Origin: an uncultured Eubacteriales bacterium
GTDB lineage: Bacteria; Bacillota; Clostridia; Christensenellales; CAG-138
Length of the DNA: 64,000 nucleotides
Assembly: GCA_902787375.1 (NCBI GenBank)
Contig: CADAGD010000013.1
Coordinates: forward strand, 3,375-67,374
Direction: 5' to 3'
Below are positions 9,088 through 21,356 of this stretch, piece after piece. Position 1 is the first letter of the stretch. The number at the start of each line of letters is the position of its first letter. The position numbers and the translations under genes are program-made. The notes beneath the pieces are model-generated. The model was not told the DNA's origin. It was given only the letters and a program-made list of their open reading frames with translations, and searched no databases.

Positions 9088-9116
9088 TATTTTATATAGT
9101 CCACCGGTGTTTGTCA
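9088..9116 (-). promoter_or_regulatory. Sigma-A-type promoter of the lipoprotein gene
   Basis: On the minus strand: TTGACA (9111-9116), 17-nt spacer, TAAAAT (9088-9093). An AAAGGAG RBS precedes the ATG. Confidence 0.55.
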
Positions 9117-9159
9117 AGATATTTTTATCAAACGACAAGCACACGGCATTTATTATCAC

Positions 9160-10338
9160 TTATTTTTTAAGCGACTCAAGGAATTTCTTCGTCCTTCTGA
9201 GAGCTTCCTTTATATCCTCGATGTCGGTAGCATAGCAGCACCTCACATAGCCCTCGCCGCTGGGGCCGAAGGCTGTGCCGGGAACCATGCAGACGTCCTG
9301 CTCGGCAAGAAGCCTGTCGCAGAACTCCTCGGACTTGAGGCCCGAAACGGCTATGGACGGGAATACATAGAAAGCGCCTTCCGGCTCGTTGCAGGTCATG
9401 CCAAGCTCATTGAAGCCGTCGATTATAACGCGGCGGCGACGGTCATACTCGTTGACCATGGCACGCATATCGCGCCAGTCTGTCTCAAAGCCCTGACGCA
9501 GAGCCGCGATACCGGCATACTGAGCGGGTGTGGGAGCCGAAAGCATTGTGAGCTGATTGATCTTTGTCATAGCCGCGATTATGGGCTTGGGAGCCGCAGC
9601 GTAGCCAAGACGCCAGCCTGTCATGGAGAACGCCTTGGAGAAGCCGTTCAGAACGACCGTACGCTCACGCATACCGGGCAGCGAGCAGATGGATACATGC
9701 TGCTTTCCGCCGTATGTGAGTTCGGAATATATCTCGTCGGCAAGAACCAGAATATCCGTACCGCGAAGAACCTCTGCTATAGCCTCAAGGTCTTCCTTCT
9801 CCATTATGCCGCCGGTGGGATTGTTGGGGAACGGAAGCAGCAAAGCCTTGGTCTTGGGGGTTATAGCCGCCTTGAGAGCCTCTGCTGTAAGCTTAAATTT
9901 GTTGTCGGCAGTCGTGATAACATTTACGGGAACTCCGCCGGCAAATATGACGCCGGGATTGTATGCAACATATGTGGGTTCGGGTATTATAACCTCGTCG
10001 CCTGTGCTTATGAGCGCACGGATAGCAAGGTCAATAGCCTGACTTGCGCCAACGGTGATAAGAATTTCACCGTTCGCCTCATAGTGTACTCCGTAACGGT
10101 CATCGAGGTACTTGCTTATAAGCTCACGCAGCTCAGGCATACCGCTGTTGGACGAATAGGGAATACGACCATGGGAAAGACGCTCAAGAGCCTCACGCCT
10201 TATAGCCTCCGGTGTGGGGAAGTCGGGCTCGCCAACGCCAAGGCTGATGGTCTTGTCGGTAAGAATATCGAAATACTTACGAATACCGGACGGCGGTACG
10301 TCCCGAACAGCTTTAACGATGAGTTTTGTGTAATCCAT
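9160..10338 (-). CDS. PLP-dependent aminotransferase, class I (aspartate/aromatic type)
   Basis: PLP-lysine motif SKAFSMTGWRLGY, plus the NPTG string (FPNNPTGG). 392 aa. Confidence 0.85.
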   Translation of the reverse strand: MDYTKLIVKAVRDVPPSGIRKYFDILTDKTISLGVGEPDFPTPEAIRREALERLSHGRIPYSSNSGMPELRELISKYLDDRYGVHYEANGEILITVGASQAIDLAIRALISTGDEVIIPEPTYVAYNPGVIFAGGVPVNVITTADNKFKLTAEALKAAITPKTKALLLPFPNNPTGGIMEKEDLEAIAEVLRGTDILVLADEIYSELTYGGKQHVSICSLPGMRERTVVLNGFSKAFSMTGWRLGYAAAPKPIIAAMTKINQLTMLSAPTPAQYAGIAALRQGFETDWRDMRAMVNEYDRRRRVIIDGFNELGMTCNEPEGAFYVFPSIAVSGLKSEEFCDRLLAEQDVCMVPGTAFGPSGEGYVRCCYATDIEDIKEALRRTKKFLESLKK

Positions 10339-10403
10339 TTTTTATTTACATCCCTTTCAAATTTTTGCGTATTCAAACGGGCGCAGCCCGCATTGCAACA
10401 TTG

Positions 10404-12122
10404 TTATGTGGTCGGACGCGGCAACGAAGCGGGGCCCGTTCCAATGGTTATCTCTCCCTGTACAGGAGCGTATGTGTCGGTGTACAGATACTTGGTTTCT
10501 ATCAGCTCGCCGTTCTTATCAAAGTGTTTAAGATACGCTTTCGCCGTGTAACCGACTCTCGACCTGATTGTCTCCTTCCTGTATCCTGTGGGCCAGAGCG
10601 GCTGCTTGACCGTTTTGGATTCGGGAGGCTGAATGGTTTCTACCGTTTCGGCAAATGTTTCATAATATGAACCGTCGGGTTCGGGAACTCCGTAAACGTA
10701 AACGTGCATTGTGCCGGTCTTCATATCCGCGTATGTGAATATGTAGAGATTATCGGACGAGATATTTTTCCACTTCAGGTCGGGGCCGTTTGTATCCACG
10801 GTTGCATCCAGACCGTAAGGAACATACTCGCTGGGCCAGCTATGGTGCTGACGCTGTGTGACCTTTATCTTATTCGGCCCACACTGGAGCAGCGCATTAT
10901 AAAGCGTTCCGGAAACCTGACATATTCCGCCGCCGGGGCTGTCCTCATACTCCCTGCCGCCCGTTATTCCGGGGGCTCTGAGCCATCCACCCGCCTCGGT
11001 TCGCGGCCCGATGTATGTGTTAAAGCTTATCTCCTGCCACGGCTTGACTACACAACCGTTCAAAATACCCGCCGCTTTCTGGACATTGCGGCTCCTGTTG
11101 CTCTTGTTGGTATCGAACTTGGATGTATAGCTCGTTATCTTTTTGATGGAGCCCTTTATATCGCTCGCCGTCTTCTGCGGAGCGGTGTCCTCAAGCTCCG
11201 CGCTTATAACGCAATCGAAATCCCCTTTATCAAAGGCATCGAATATTCTGTCAACCATGCTTTCCTGATTCATTACAAAGCCGTTCTTTCCGGGATTGTA
11301 ATATATATAAGCTATGGCTGTACCGTTCTCGGCATAGACCGTTTCGACTATTGTATCGGTATCCTTTATAATCGGAGTATCGTCCTGAGAGCTTATGGCG
11401 TCGGTATTTGCAGACGGTCTTTGGCTTACCGTTATATACGGCTCCAAGGGTTCGGTATTTACAAAATCAGCAATCGCGGAAACACGCTCCTTTATGCGTT
11501 CCCTATCGCATTTGTACTCGATGCTGTAGTTTACGGGATTCTTTATCATATCCTGTTGTTTTTTGTAATTCGATACATAATCGTTGATGCTCTCGCGTCC
11601 GAGGGAATATGCCTCTTTGAGAATATCATTGACATCGACGCTGATATTGAAATCATTCGCGCTCAGAGCAAGACTGGCGTCACCGACTGTAACGACCATA
11701 TTGATACTGTTGAGCTTATCCTCTACTGTTTTAATGAGCTTCTCCCTTGCTTCATCGTAGGTAAGCCCCTCTATGCTTACACCATCAACATATATGCCGC
11801 CGTAATAGCGACCGTTATCAAGATAGGCAAACTCCTCGCCCTCTATCATGCCGTGAACCGATTTGCCGCCGCTTATCTGCTTGACCTCAGTCCAGTTATT
11901 GTCATTGTACTGTTTTACAGCCTTATTGTGTTCCCCATTTATTAAAAGTTTGATTATAAACAGGGCAACCACAAGTATCGCAGCAACAAGACCGCAGCTC
12001 AAAAAAGCGAGCCTGATCCTATATCTGCGCTGTCTGTCCCTGATTCTTCTTTCCGTTATTATTCGTCTGTATTCCGCGCTATGCTGCTGCACAACAGTCC
12101 GCCTCCGCACATTATAGTCCAA
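10404..12122 (-). CDS. VanW-family protein with N-terminal membrane anchor
   Basis: Arg-rich N-terminus followed by one TM helix. VanW core string GGGICQVSGTLYNALL. The TTG start has a distant GGAGG, so the start is somewhat uncertain. Confidence 0.75.
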   Translation of the reverse strand: MDYNVRRRTVVQQHSAEYRRIITERRIRDRQRRYRIRLAFLSCGLVAAILVVALFIIKLLINGEHNKAVKQYNDNNWTEVKQISGGKSVHGMIEGEEFAYLDNGRYYGGIYVDGVSIEGLTYDEAREKLIKTVEDKLNSINMVVTVGDASLALSANDFNISVDVNDILKEAYSLGRESINDYVSNYKKQQDMIKNPVNYSIEYKCDRERIKERVSAIADFVNTEPLEPYITVSQRPSANTDAISSQDDTPIIKDTDTIVETVYAENGTAIAYIYYNPGKNGFVMNQESMVDRIFDAFDKGDFDCVISAELEDTAPQKTASDIKGSIKKITSYTSKFDTNKSNRSRNVQKAAGILNGCVVKPWQEISFNTYIGPRTEAGGWLRAPGITGGREYEDSPGGGICQVSGTLYNALLQCGPNKIKVTQRQHHSWPSEYVPYGLDATVDTNGPDLKWKNISSDNLYIFTYADMKTGTMHVYVYGVPEPDGSYYETFAETVETIQPPESKTVKQPLWPTGYRKETIRSRVGYTAKAYLKHFDKNGELIETKYLYTDTYAPVQGEITIGTGPASLPRPTT

Positions 12123-12216
12123 ATGCTATTATACCTCCAATCACACCCAAAGGCAACACGCTATTTACAATATAATCTTTTATTTTCGCTTTTAAATATT
12201 ACTTTAAGTTCATTGT

Positions 12217-12243
12217 ATAATTTGCCGCTTTTCCGCATATGCT
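12217..12243 (+). promoter_or_regulatory. Possible sigma-E-type sporulation promoter upstream of spoIIID
   Basis: ATAATT (12217-12222), 13-nt spacer, CATATGCT (12236-12243), compared with the B. subtilis sigma-E consensus ATATT-14-CATACAnT. The match is imperfect. Confidence 0.3.
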
Positions 12244-12272
12244 TTAATCATAAAGCTGAAAGGGATTTGAAT

Positions 12273-12539
12273 ATGGAAGCCTATATAGAAACAAGGGTTC
12301 TGGACATAGCCTCTTATATAATAGAAACAGGAGCCACAGTAAGGGCCGCGGCTAAGGAATTCGGCGTATCAAAATCGACGGTTCACAAGGATATGACCGA
12401 CCGGCTGAAAAGCCTGAACAGAAGCATGGCAAAGGATGTTGCCGCCGTGCTTGAAACAAACAAAGAGGAACGCCATTTAAGAGGCGGATACGCGACGTAT
12501 CTTAAATACCGCGGCGGGGACAACGTCAAAGGAGCTTAA
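12273..12539 (+). CDS. spoIIID: Sporulation transcriptional regulator SpoIIID
   Basis: The translation from ATG 12273 is colinear with B. subtilis SpoIIID (AKEFGVSKSTVHKDMT...RHLRGG.AT.LKY). AAAGGGA RBS. The listed ORF start at 12081 is an upstream extension. Confidence 0.9.
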   Translation: MEAYIETRVLDIASYIIETGATVRAAAKEFGVSKSTVHKDMTDRLKSLNRSMAKDVAAVLETNKEERHLRGGYATYLKYRGGDNVKGA

Positions 12540-13144
12540 CGCTTTTTTTCTCCACGCATTCTCTCCGCCTGAGATGGGCGAAGATACATCGGAACAGCCT
12601 CCTTTTCTTCGGGTATGATGTTTTTTGCGGCTTCGAGCAATACAAGTCCCGCGTCGGGATACTCGGCATTTTCACCGCAATCACCTATAAAAGCCGTGCC
12701 TTCCGGCATGGAGTTCAAAATCACATCCGTTTTTTCCGGGCAGGGGGACATTACCTCCCTTCCGTTTTCATATGCCGCGGCATAGCAGTTTCCGTTTCTG
12801 CAGTCAAGAAGCACGCATACCGTGCCTTTTTCCGGGATTCTGTTGCGCAGAGCGGCAAGCGAGCATACGGGTATAACTCCCACTCCAAGCGAGTACGCAA
12901 GAGCATTGGCACATGATACGCCTATTCGGACGCCGGTAAACGAACCCGGCCCCACATCTACCGCGATGCAGCCAACGTCTTTTATTGAAGCGTCAGCCGC
13001 GTTAAGGCTTGCTTCAATGAGCGTCATCAGCGTAGCCGAATGAGATTTCCCGCTTTTATCCACCATACAGTTCAATATTTTTCCGTCCTCCATGACAGCA
13101 ACGGACGGATTCTTGGACGAGGTCGATATCCCCAGCATCAACAT
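12536..13144 (-). CDS. tsaB: tRNA t6A biosynthesis protein TsaB
   Basis: GPGSFTGVRIG motif. Overlaps tsaE by 7 nt. Confidence 0.85.
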   Translation of the reverse strand: MLMLGISTSSKNPSVAVMEDGKILNCMVDKSGKSHSATLMTLIEASLNAADASIKDVGCIAVDVGPGSFTGVRIGVSCANALAYSLGVGVIPVCSLAALRNRIPEKGTVCVLLDCRNGNCYAAAYENGREVMSPCPEKTDVILNSMPEGTAFIGDCGENAEYPDAGLVLLEAAKNIIPEEKEAVPMYLRPSQAERMRGEKKR

Positions 13145-13607
13145 TTTGACAGCACCTCTAATATTTTAAAGTATTTGCTTCCAAACGCGACAAGCTCCAT
13201 ATTTCTCGGCTCGCCGCCGCTTCCCTCGATATGAACCTCAAGCCGCTCCTGCGGCAGAGCATCAGGCACGTTTTCGCACCATTCCATGACTATGACCCCG
13301 TCGCCTGAAAGGTAATCATCGAAACCTATTGCGTACAATTCGTCAACACTCTCTATCCTGTAGGCATCGAAATGGTCAAGCGCAAGCCTGCCCTCGTGAT
13401 GCCTGACTATCGTAAATGTGGGACTCAGAATATCGTGTATCCCAAGTGCCTCCGCAATGCCCTTTGTCAGCGTCGTCTTGCCCGCGCCGAGATCACCGAA
13501 CATGGCAATAAAAGCATGTCCGTCAAGCAAATTTCCAATACTCCTGCCAACCTCATACATATCCGCTTCCGAAAGCGCGTTTAATTCAAGGCTTTTGGTT
13601 TCACTCA

Positions 13608-13608
<1 letters not shown>
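13138..13608 (-). CDS. tsaE: tRNA t6A biosynthesis ATPase TsaE
   Basis: P-loop GDLGAGKTTLTKG. 156 aa, adjacent to tsaB. Confidence 0.85.
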
Positions 13609-14759
<1,151 letters not shown>

Positions 14760-14799
14760 TCAGGCGTTGAGTTTTGCTAAGCCGCTCCTGCCCCGCCAA

Positions 14800-15822
14800 T
14801 CATATAAACAATGTTGCGTCGCCAAAGCTGAAAAATCTGTACCGTTCCTCAACGGCATGTTTGTAAATGCGCATCACTTCTTCACGCGATGTAAACGCGC
14901 TTATAAGCATGAGTAGCGTAGATTCGGGCAGATGGAAATTGGTTATCAGCGCATCTACCGCCTTGAACTTATATCCCGGTGTAATAAAAATGCTTGTCCA
15001 GCCGCTTCCCGCGTGAACGATACCGTTTTCATCGGAAGCCGATTCGAGAGTGCGGCAGCCCGTAGTGCCGACCGATATTATCCTTCCCCCGTTCGCCCTC
15101 GCGTTGTTTATCATATCCGCCGCTTCAGGAGTCACCTGATAAAACTCCGAGTGCATATGATGCTCCTCGACATTCTCGGCCGAAACAGGTCTGAATGTTC
15201 CAAGTCCGACGTGGAGCAGCACATCCGCTATAAGAATCCCTTTTTGCCTGATGGCTTCAAGCAGCTCATCCGTGAAGTGAAGTCCTGCCGTCGGAGCCGC
15301 CGCCGAGCCGTCCTGTTTGGCGTAAACCGTCTGATAGCGGCTCTTATCCTTGAGCTTTTCCGTTATATACGGCGGAAGGGGCATCTCTCCCGCCCTGTCC
15401 AGAACTTCTTCGAATATGCCGTCATAGTTCAGCCTGACTATGCGGTTACCGTCCTCAAGCTGCTCAAGAACGGTTACGGAAAGCTCCGAGTTGACCGTGA
15501 ACGTCCTTCCCGGTCTTGCCCTTCTTCCGGGCTTGACAAGGCATTCCCAATCGGTTTCATTTATCCTTCTCAGCAGCAAAAATTCCATCGCGCCGCCGGT
15601 TTCATCCCTCGTCGCGTAAAGCCTTGCCGGTATTACCTTCGTGACGTTCCTGACAAGGACGTCGCCGGGCTTTAAATATTCGATTATATCATGAAAGATC
15701 CTGTCCTCTATAACACCCGTTTCCATGTTATAGACAAGCATCCTTGCCATATCCCTCCTGTCGGCGGGAGATTGGGCTATAAGCTCCTGCGGGAGGTCGT
15801 AATAAAAATCCGATGTTTTCAA
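14800..15822 (-). CDS. queA: S-adenosylmethionine:tRNA ribosyltransferase-isomerase
   Basis: N-terminus [19 protein letters not shown] and [11 protein letters not shown]. 340 aa. Confidence 0.95.
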   Translation of the reverse strand: MKTSDFYYDLPQELIAQSPADRRDMARMLVYNMETGVIEDRIFHDIIEYLKPGDVLVRNVTKVIPARLYATRDETGGAMEFLLLRRINETDWECLVKPGRRARPGRTFTVNSELSVTVLEQLEDGNRIVRLNYDGIFEEVLDRAGEMPLPPYITEKLKDKSRYQTVYAKQDGSAAAPTAGLHFTDELLEAIRQKGILIADVLLHVGLGTFRPVSAENVEEHHMHSEFYQVTPEAADMINNARANGGRIISVGTTGCRTLESASDENGIVHAGSGWTSIFITPGYKFKAVDALITNFHLPESTLLMLISAFTSREEVMRIYKHAVEERYRFFSFGDATLFI

Positions 15823-15834
15823 CTCTTTTCACCT

Positions 15835-17145
15835 TTACTCAATCACATCATATATAAGAGGGATGCTTTCAGGCTGATTATCGGAAATGACAATCGCCTG
15901 TTTTACCATTGAAAGCACCTCGTCAAGTCGCTCATCATTATTGACATACAGCTCCGCAATGCATTCATTCCGCATCACCTTTTCACCGTAACGCTTTTTC
16001 ATCAGAATGCCCACCGCGGGATCGACACTATCGCCCTTTTTGAATCTTCCCGCTCCGAGGAGCGCGGCGGAGGTTCCGAGCCTTTTGGAATCAATAAAGC
16101 TTATAAACCCATCGCTTTCAGCGCATACGGGTAATATTCTGTCAACGCGCACAAGCTTCTCAGGATGCTCGATATAGGTCGTATCCCCTCCGAGAGCGGC
16201 TATCATAAGCTTGAGCTTTTCCAACCCTTTGCCCGAAGCAAGCGCATCGACCAGCATTTCCCGCGCCTTTGACCTGTTTTCGGCAATGCCCGACAGGACA
16301 AGCATGTGTTCTCCAAGCGTAAGGCATACCTCAACCAGAGGATCGTCCGCGGGAATGCTTCCGGAAAGCACGTCAATGGCTTCCTTCATCTCAAGACCGT
16401 TTCCTATCGCCATGCCGAGCGGATTATTCATGTCGGTAATAACGGCTACCGTTTTTCTTCCGAGACTGCCGCCAATGTCCACCATCTGTCTTGCGAGCTT
16501 TCGGGCGTCTTCAAGCGTTTCCATAAAGGCTCCGTTGCCCGTCTTGACGTCAAGCACTATTGCGTCCGCGCCTGCCGCAAGCTTTTTGCTCATTATGCTT
16601 GAGGCTATAAGAGGTATGCTCCGCACCGTACCCGTTATATCACGCAGGGAGTACATTATTTTATCGGCAGGCACAAGATCGGCGGACTGACCGATGACAG
16701 CGACGCCCGTTTTCTTTACTATGCTCTTGAACCGTTCCAATGGCTGTTCAACGCAAACTCCCGGCACAGCCTCAAGCTTGTCAAGCGTTCCTCCCGAATG
16801 GGCAAGTCCCCTGCCGCTCATCTTGGCAACCGTTCCTCCGCAGGCGGCGACAAGGGGCGCGACGACAAGCGTCGATGTATCTCCAACGCCGCCCGTCGAA
16901 TGCTTATCGACCTTCACTCCGGGCAGATCGGATAAATCGACCGTGTCGCCCGATTCCATCATGGCTGTCGTCAAATCGGCGGTTTCCTTCCCCGTCATTC
17001 CCCTTATGCAGACCGCCATCATCCACGCGGACATCTGGCAATCCTGAACGCTGCCGTTGACAAGTCCGTCAACAAGGAATTTTATCTCATCATATGTGAG
17101 GGAGTGTCCGTCCCTTTTTTTCTCTATCAATTCCGTAACTATCAT
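15835..17145 (-). CDS. pdp: Pyrimidine-nucleoside (thymidine) phosphorylase
   Basis: VDKHSTGGVGD motif. The N-terminus MIVTELIEKKRDG is colinear with Bacillus Pdp. There is no SD within 20 nt of the ATG. Confidence 0.9.
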   Translation of the reverse strand: MIVTELIEKKRDGHSLTYDEIKFLVDGLVNGSVQDCQMSAWMMAVCIRGMTGKETADLTTAMMESGDTVDLSDLPGVKVDKHSTGGVGDTSTLVVAPLVAACGGTVAKMSGRGLAHSGGTLDKLEAVPGVCVEQPLERFKSIVKKTGVAVIGQSADLVPADKIMYSLRDITGTVRSIPLIASSIMSKKLAAGADAIVLDVKTGNGAFMETLEDARKLARQMVDIGGSLGRKTVAVITDMNNPLGMAIGNGLEMKEAIDVLSGSIPADDPLVEVCLTLGEHMLVLSGIAENRSKAREMLVDALASGKGLEKLKLMIAALGGDTTYIEHPEKLVRVDRILPVCAESDGFISFIDSKRLGTSAALLGAGRFKKGDSVDPAVGILMKKRYGEKVMRNECIAELYVNNDERLDEVLSMVKQAIVISDNQPESIPLIYDVIE

Positions 17146-17283
17146 ATTGTCAGGCGAAAACGCACAAGCTCCTTTTCATACTTAACCGCTTAATTTTATC
17201 ATGCTGAAGCCGATTTGTGAACCTCCTTTTTGCATAAATCAGCCCTTTTGCGGTCATATATTGTTGAAATCCCTGTTTTAATG

Positions 17284-17312
17284 TTTACAACCATGAACAT
17301 TTATGGTAGAAT
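17284..17312 (+). promoter_or_regulatory. Sigma-A promoter of tig-clpP-clpX
   Basis: TTTACA (17284-17289), 17-nt spacer, TAGAAT (17307-17312) with TG at the extended -10 position. Confidence 0.6.
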
Positions 17313-17387
17313 AGTATGATATGGGGCTGATATAGGCTCTTAAAGAATCTATTAAAAAAAGGCAAACGCCTGTTTACGGAGGAATAT

Positions 17388-18692
17388 ATGTCTGAAATCA
17401 CAACTATTGAAAACGGCAAGGTCAAACTGACATTCAAGCTCTCTGCCGAGGAATACACAAAGGCCCTCAACGCCGCCTATCACCGTATCGGCTCCAAGTA
17501 CGCAATGCCCGGCTTCCGCAACGGCAAGGCTCCCCGCAGGATGATTGAGAGGCAGTACGGCGACGCCGCTTTCTGGGATAAGGAGCTTGATATGGCTGTC
17601 GAAAAGGCCTGTGCCGACGCAGTAGCCGAGAACAAAATACTGCCCGCTCTCGCTCCCGAATACAGTGTTCTGAGCTATTCCGAGACGGACGGTTGTGAAA
17701 TCGAAGCAACTATCGTAACCGAGCCCACAGTTGAGCTTGGCCAGTATAAGGGTATAGAAATACCCGTTCAGGAGTATAATGTTACGGACGAGATGGTCGA
17801 TGCCGAGCTTGACAAGCGTCGTCACGAGCAGGCTCGCATGGTTTCCGTCGAGCGTCCTCTTGAGCTTGGCGACACCGCCGTATTCGATTTCGCCGGCTTC
17901 TGTGACGGTGAGCAGTTCGAAGGCGGTACTGCGGAGAAGTACACAATGGTAATCGGCTCACATCAGTTCATTCCCGGATTCGAAGAACAGATGGTAGGTA
18001 TGACCATCGGTGAGGAGAGGGATGTAAACGTAACATTCCCTGAGGATTATCAGGCTGAAAACCTCAAGGGCAAGCCCGCCGTATTCAAGGTAAAGCTCCA
18101 TGAGCTTTCCTATGAGGAGCTTCCCGAACTGAACGATGAGTTCGCTTCCGAGACCTCCGAGTTTGATACCCTTGATGAGCTGAAGGCCGACATCAGGCGC
18201 GAGCTTGGTATTCAGGCCGAGAAGGATCGCGCCGTTGCCATCGAGTCCGCCGTTATGCAGAAAGCAATCGACAACGCAAAGGTCGAAGTCCATCCCGACA
18301 TCATTTCAGCAGAGGCTCACGCCGAGATCCACTCCCTTGAGCATCAGCTTGCCGACATCGGCCTGAAGTTCGAGGATTACGCCAAGTACATGGGAACGAC
18401 CGTTGAAGACCTCCATGAGCGTTATCACAAGATGGCTGCCGACCAGATAAAGGCCCGCACCGTCATTCAGGGCATTATCGACGCCGAAAAGCTTGAGCCC
18501 ACCGACGCCGATTACGAGGCTGCCGTCAACTCCTACGCCGAGCGTTCAAAGGGCTGGACAGCCGAGAAGATAGCTGAGGAGCTTCTTCCCGAAAACCGCA
18601 AGAAATATGCTCAGACAGCTCTCTATGAGGCAGTCGTCCGCATAATAAAGGACAGCGCGGTCATAACAAAAAAAGAGGAGAATAATCAATAA
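17388..18692 (+). CDS. tig: Trigger factor
   Basis: Ribosome-binding signature [13 protein letters not shown]. 434 aa, located upstream of clpP-clpX. Confidence 0.95.
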   Translation: MSEITTIENGKVKLTFKLSAEEYTKALNAAYHRIGSKYAMPGFRNGKAPRRMIERQYGDAAFWDKELDMAVEKACADAVAENKILPALAPEYSVLSYSETDGCEIEATIVTEPTVELGQYKGIEIPVQEYNVTDEMVDAELDKRRHEQARMVSVERPLELGDTAVFDFAGFCDGEQFEGGTAEKYTMVIGSHQFIPGFEEQMVGMTIGEERDVNVTFPEDYQAENLKGKPAVFKVKLHELSYEELPELNDEFASETSEFDTLDELKADIRRELGIQAEKDRAVAIESAVMQKAIDNAKVEVHPDIISAEAHAEIHSLEHQLADIGLKFEDYAKYMGTTVEDLHERYHKMAADQIKARTVIQGIIDAEKLEPTDADYEAAVNSYAERSKGWTAEKIAEELLPENRKKYAQTALYEAVVRIIKDSAVITKKEENNQ

Positions 18693-19276
18693 TGAGTTTG
18701 GTACCCATAGTCGTTGAGCAGACAAACAAGGGCGAACGCTCCTATGATATTTATTCACGCTTGCTCAAGGATCGCATACTCTTTTTAGGCTCCGAGGTAA
18801 CCGATGATGAGGCAAACCTCATAATCGCTCAGCTTCTTTTCCTTGAAGCCGACGATCCCGATAAGGACATATTCCTTTATATCAACAGCCCAGGCGGGTC
18901 TGTTTCGGCGGGTCTTGCCATTTATGACACGATACGCTATCTCAAGTGTGAGGTCTGCACCATTTGCGTCGGTCTTGCGGCTTCAATGGGTGCGTTCCTG
19001 CTTGCCGCAGGCGCAAAGGGAAAGCGCAAAGCCCTCCCCAATAGTGAAATAATGATCCATCAGCCTCTCGGCGGCGCATACGGTCAGGCGAGCGATGTCA
19101 AGATACATGCCGACCACATTATAAAGACACGCCAAAAGCTGAATGAGATTCTTTCGGAACGTACAGGTCAGCCGCTCTCCGTTATAGAGGATGCAACCGA
19201 GCGCGACAATTTCCTCTCCGCTGAGGAAGCCCTCAAGTTCGGTCTTATTGATGAGATCGTTGCTCCCAGAAGGTAA
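18692..19276 (+). CDS. clpP: ATP-dependent Clp protease proteolytic subunit
   Basis: Catalytic Ser context [11 protein letters not shown] and His context [14 protein letters not shown] overlap with tig. Confidence 0.97.
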   Translation: MSLVPIVVEQTNKGERSYDIYSRLLKDRILFLGSEVTDDEANLIIAQLLFLEADDPDKDIFLYINSPGGSVSAGLAIYDTIRYLKCEVCTICVGLAASMGAFLLAAGAKGKRKALPNSEIMIHQPLGGAYGQASDVKIHADHIIKTRQKLNEILSERTGQPLSVIEDATERDNFLSAEEALKFGLIDEIVAPRR

Positions 19277-19305
19277 GGAAAAATCAAATTATCCAGGAGA
19301 AACAG

Positions 19306-20565
19306 ATGTCAAGATATGATGACAATTCCACGGTAAAATGCTCTTTCTGCGGCAAGACGCAGGAACAGGTCAAGCGCATCGTCGCGGGGCCCGGCGTCTT
19401 TATTTGCAGCGATTGCATTGAGCTTTGTCAGGAGATAATCGACAATGACGACGAGGTCGAGGAAACCGAAATATCGGAGCTTCCCAAGCCCGCCGATATC
19501 GTTGCCGTTCTCAATGATTACGTTATCGGTCAGGAGCATGCGAAAAAAGCCCTTGCCGTAGCGGTTTATAACCATTATAAGCGCATAATGGCGGAACCCA
19601 AAGCGGACGACGTTGAGCTTTCCAAGAGCAATATCGTCATGCTCGGCCCGACCGGATGCGGTAAAACACTCCTTGCGGAAACCCTTGCAAGGATACTTAA
19701 AGTTCCCTTTGCCGTCGCTGACGCCACCTCTCTTACAGAGGCAGGCTATGTCGGTGAAGATGTTGAAAACATACTTCTGAAGCTCTTGCAGGCGGCGGAT
19801 TACGACGTCGAGCGCGCTCAGAAGGGCATTATCTATATTGATGAAATAGACAAGATCGCAAGGAAATCCGAGAACCCCTCCATCACACGCGATGTTTCCG
19901 GCGAGGGCGTTCAGCAGGCGCTCCTTAAAATACTTGAGGGAACCGTTGCTTCCGTCCCCCCGCAGGGCGGCAGGAAGCATCCGCATCAGGAGTTCATACA
20001 GTTCGATACAACAAACGTGCTGTTCATATGCGGCGGCGCATTTGCAGGTATCGAGGACATAATCAAAAAGCGCATCGGCAAAAAGACGATGGGCTTCGGC
20101 GCGGATGTGGTTTCCAATACCGATATGGACATCGGCGAGATTTTAAAAAACATACTTCCCGAAGACCTGCTCAAATTCGGTCTTATACCCGAATTCATCG
20201 GTCGTGTGCCGATAATCGTAACCCTTGAGCAGCTCGACGAGGAAGCCATGCTTAAAATACTGACCGAGCCGAAGAACGCTCTTTCAAAGCAGTATGCGCG
20301 TCTGTTTGAAATGGACGGCGTCCAGCTTGAAATCGAGCGTGACGCTCTGCTTGAGGTCGCCAAGATCTCCATAGCAAGAAATACGGGCGCAAGGGGACTC
20401 CGTGCCATACTTGAGGACATAATGCTGCCCGTGATGTATGAGCTGCCCTCAAGGAGCGATGTTGAAAAGGTGGTTATTACCGCCGAGTCCATCCGCAAGG
20501 AAGCCGCGCCCAAATATGTACTCAAGGCTGAGTGTCTGCCGGAAACAGGCACGTCGGCTCAATAA
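19306..20565 (+). CDS. clpX: ATP-dependent Clp protease ATP-binding subunit ClpX
   Basis: Zinc-binding CSFCGK...CSDC, Walker A GPTGCGKT, Walker [10 protein letters not shown], and an MGFG loop. Confidence 0.97.
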   Translation: MSRYDDNSTVKCSFCGKTQEQVKRIVAGPGVFICSDCIELCQEIIDNDDEVEETEISELPKPADIVAVLNDYVIGQEHAKKALAVAVYNHYKRIMAEPKADDVELSKSNIVMLGPTGCGKTLLAETLARILKVPFAVADATSLTEAGYVGEDVENILLKLLQAADYDVERAQKGIIYIDEIDKIARKSENPSITRDVSGEGVQQALLKILEGTVASVPPQGGRKHPHQEFIQFDTTNVLFICGGAFAGIEDIIKKRIGKKTMGFGADVVSNTDMDIGEILKNILPEDLLKFGLIPEFIGRVPIIVTLEQLDEEAMLKILTEPKNALSKQYARLFEMDGVQLEIERDALLEVAKISIARNTGARGLRAILEDIMLPVMYELPSRSDVEKVVITAESIRKEAAPKYVLKAECLPETGTSAQ

Positions 20566-20603
20566 CCAAAACCATTTACTTAAACAGAGGAAAGCTTACA
20601 AGC

Positions 20604-21356
20604 ATGAAGATAATAAGAGCAAAAGCCGACAGCGAAGTCTTTTATGCCATACTTGACGGGCTTACCGTCAAGCGGCTGAGCCATGCGCCATATGACGGCA
20701 TTGAAGAAGACGGGAGGACATACCGTCTTGAGGAAGTGACGCTGCTCCCCCCTGCCGAGCCGACCAAGATAGTTGCCGTCGGCAAGAACTATCGCGCTCA
20801 CGCCGACGAGATGGGCGAGGGTCAGCCCGAAGAGCCCCTGCTCTTCATAAAGCCGAACACCTGCATAGTCGGCAACGGCGACGACGTTGTTTATCCCACG
20901 ATAAGCCATCGTCTTGATTATGAGGGTGAGCTTGGCGTTGTAATAGGCAAAAAATGCCACGCGGTCGAGAAGGGGCATTCCGCCGACGTCATATTCGGTT
21001 ATACCTGCTTGAATGACGTCACGGCAAGGGATATTCAGAAGGCCGTTTCTCAATGGACACGCGGCAAAGGATTTGATACATTCTGCCCCATCGGCCCTCA
21101 TATTGAAACCGAGCTCGATCCCTCGCACTCGGCTATCGAAACGCGCTTGAACGGCGAGGTGCGTCAGCATTCGACAATAGACTGCATGACGCATGATATA
21201 GACAAGCTTGTGTGCTACATAACCGAGTGCATGACCCTCCTTCCCGGTGATATTATCGCAACCGGAACCCCTGCCGGAATCGGTTCGATGCAGCGCGGTG
21301 ATACGGTCGAGGTCGAAATAGAGGGCATTGGTATTCTCCGCAACAGGATCGTTTAA
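20604..21356 (+). CDS. Fumarylacetoacetate hydrolase (FAH) family protein
   Basis: GKNYRAHADEMG and the DYEGELGVVIG string. ATG 20604 has an AGAGGAAAG RBS. The listed start at 20532 overlaps the clpX end. Confidence 0.85.
   Translation: MKIIRAKADSEVFYAILDGLTVKRLSHAPYDGIEEDGRTYRLEEVTLLPPAEPTKIVAVGKNYRAHADEMGEGQPEEPLLFIKPNTCIVGNGDDVVYPTISHRLDYEGELGVVIGKKCHAVEKGHSADVIFGYTCLNDVTARDIQKAVSQWTRGKGFDTFCPIGPHIETELDPSHSAIETRLNGEVRQHSTIDCMTHDIDKLVCYITECMTLLPGDIIATGTPAGIGSMQRGDTVEVEIEGIGILRNRIV

Noticed and set aside
10704-11945. Very long antisense ORFs inside real genes. Examples: 413 aa opposite VanW, 305 aa at 7473-8390, 284 aa at 9697-10551, 263 aa at 20580-21371, 281 aa at 52144-52989, 254 aa at 61887-62651, 247 aa at 33954-34697.
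   Set aside because: In each pair I checked (10704/12120, 7473/7446, 20580/20604, 52144/52156), the antisense ORF is in codon register with the sense gene (same coordinate modulo 3). That is the frame kept open when the sense gene avoids TTA, CTA and TCA codons. The translations are low-complexity (Arg/Ser/Leu/Ile-rich), lack an RBS, and show no recognisable domains. I treat them as shadow ORFs.
12081-12272. N-terminal extensions of listed ORFs: 12081, 20532, 23085, 24795, 25834, 29121, 32401, 36072, 40405, 59784, 61776, 62732.
   Set aside because: In each case an internal ATG with a GGAGG-type RBS reproduces the canonical N-terminus of the family. The extension overlaps the upstream gene or intergenic promoter sequence.
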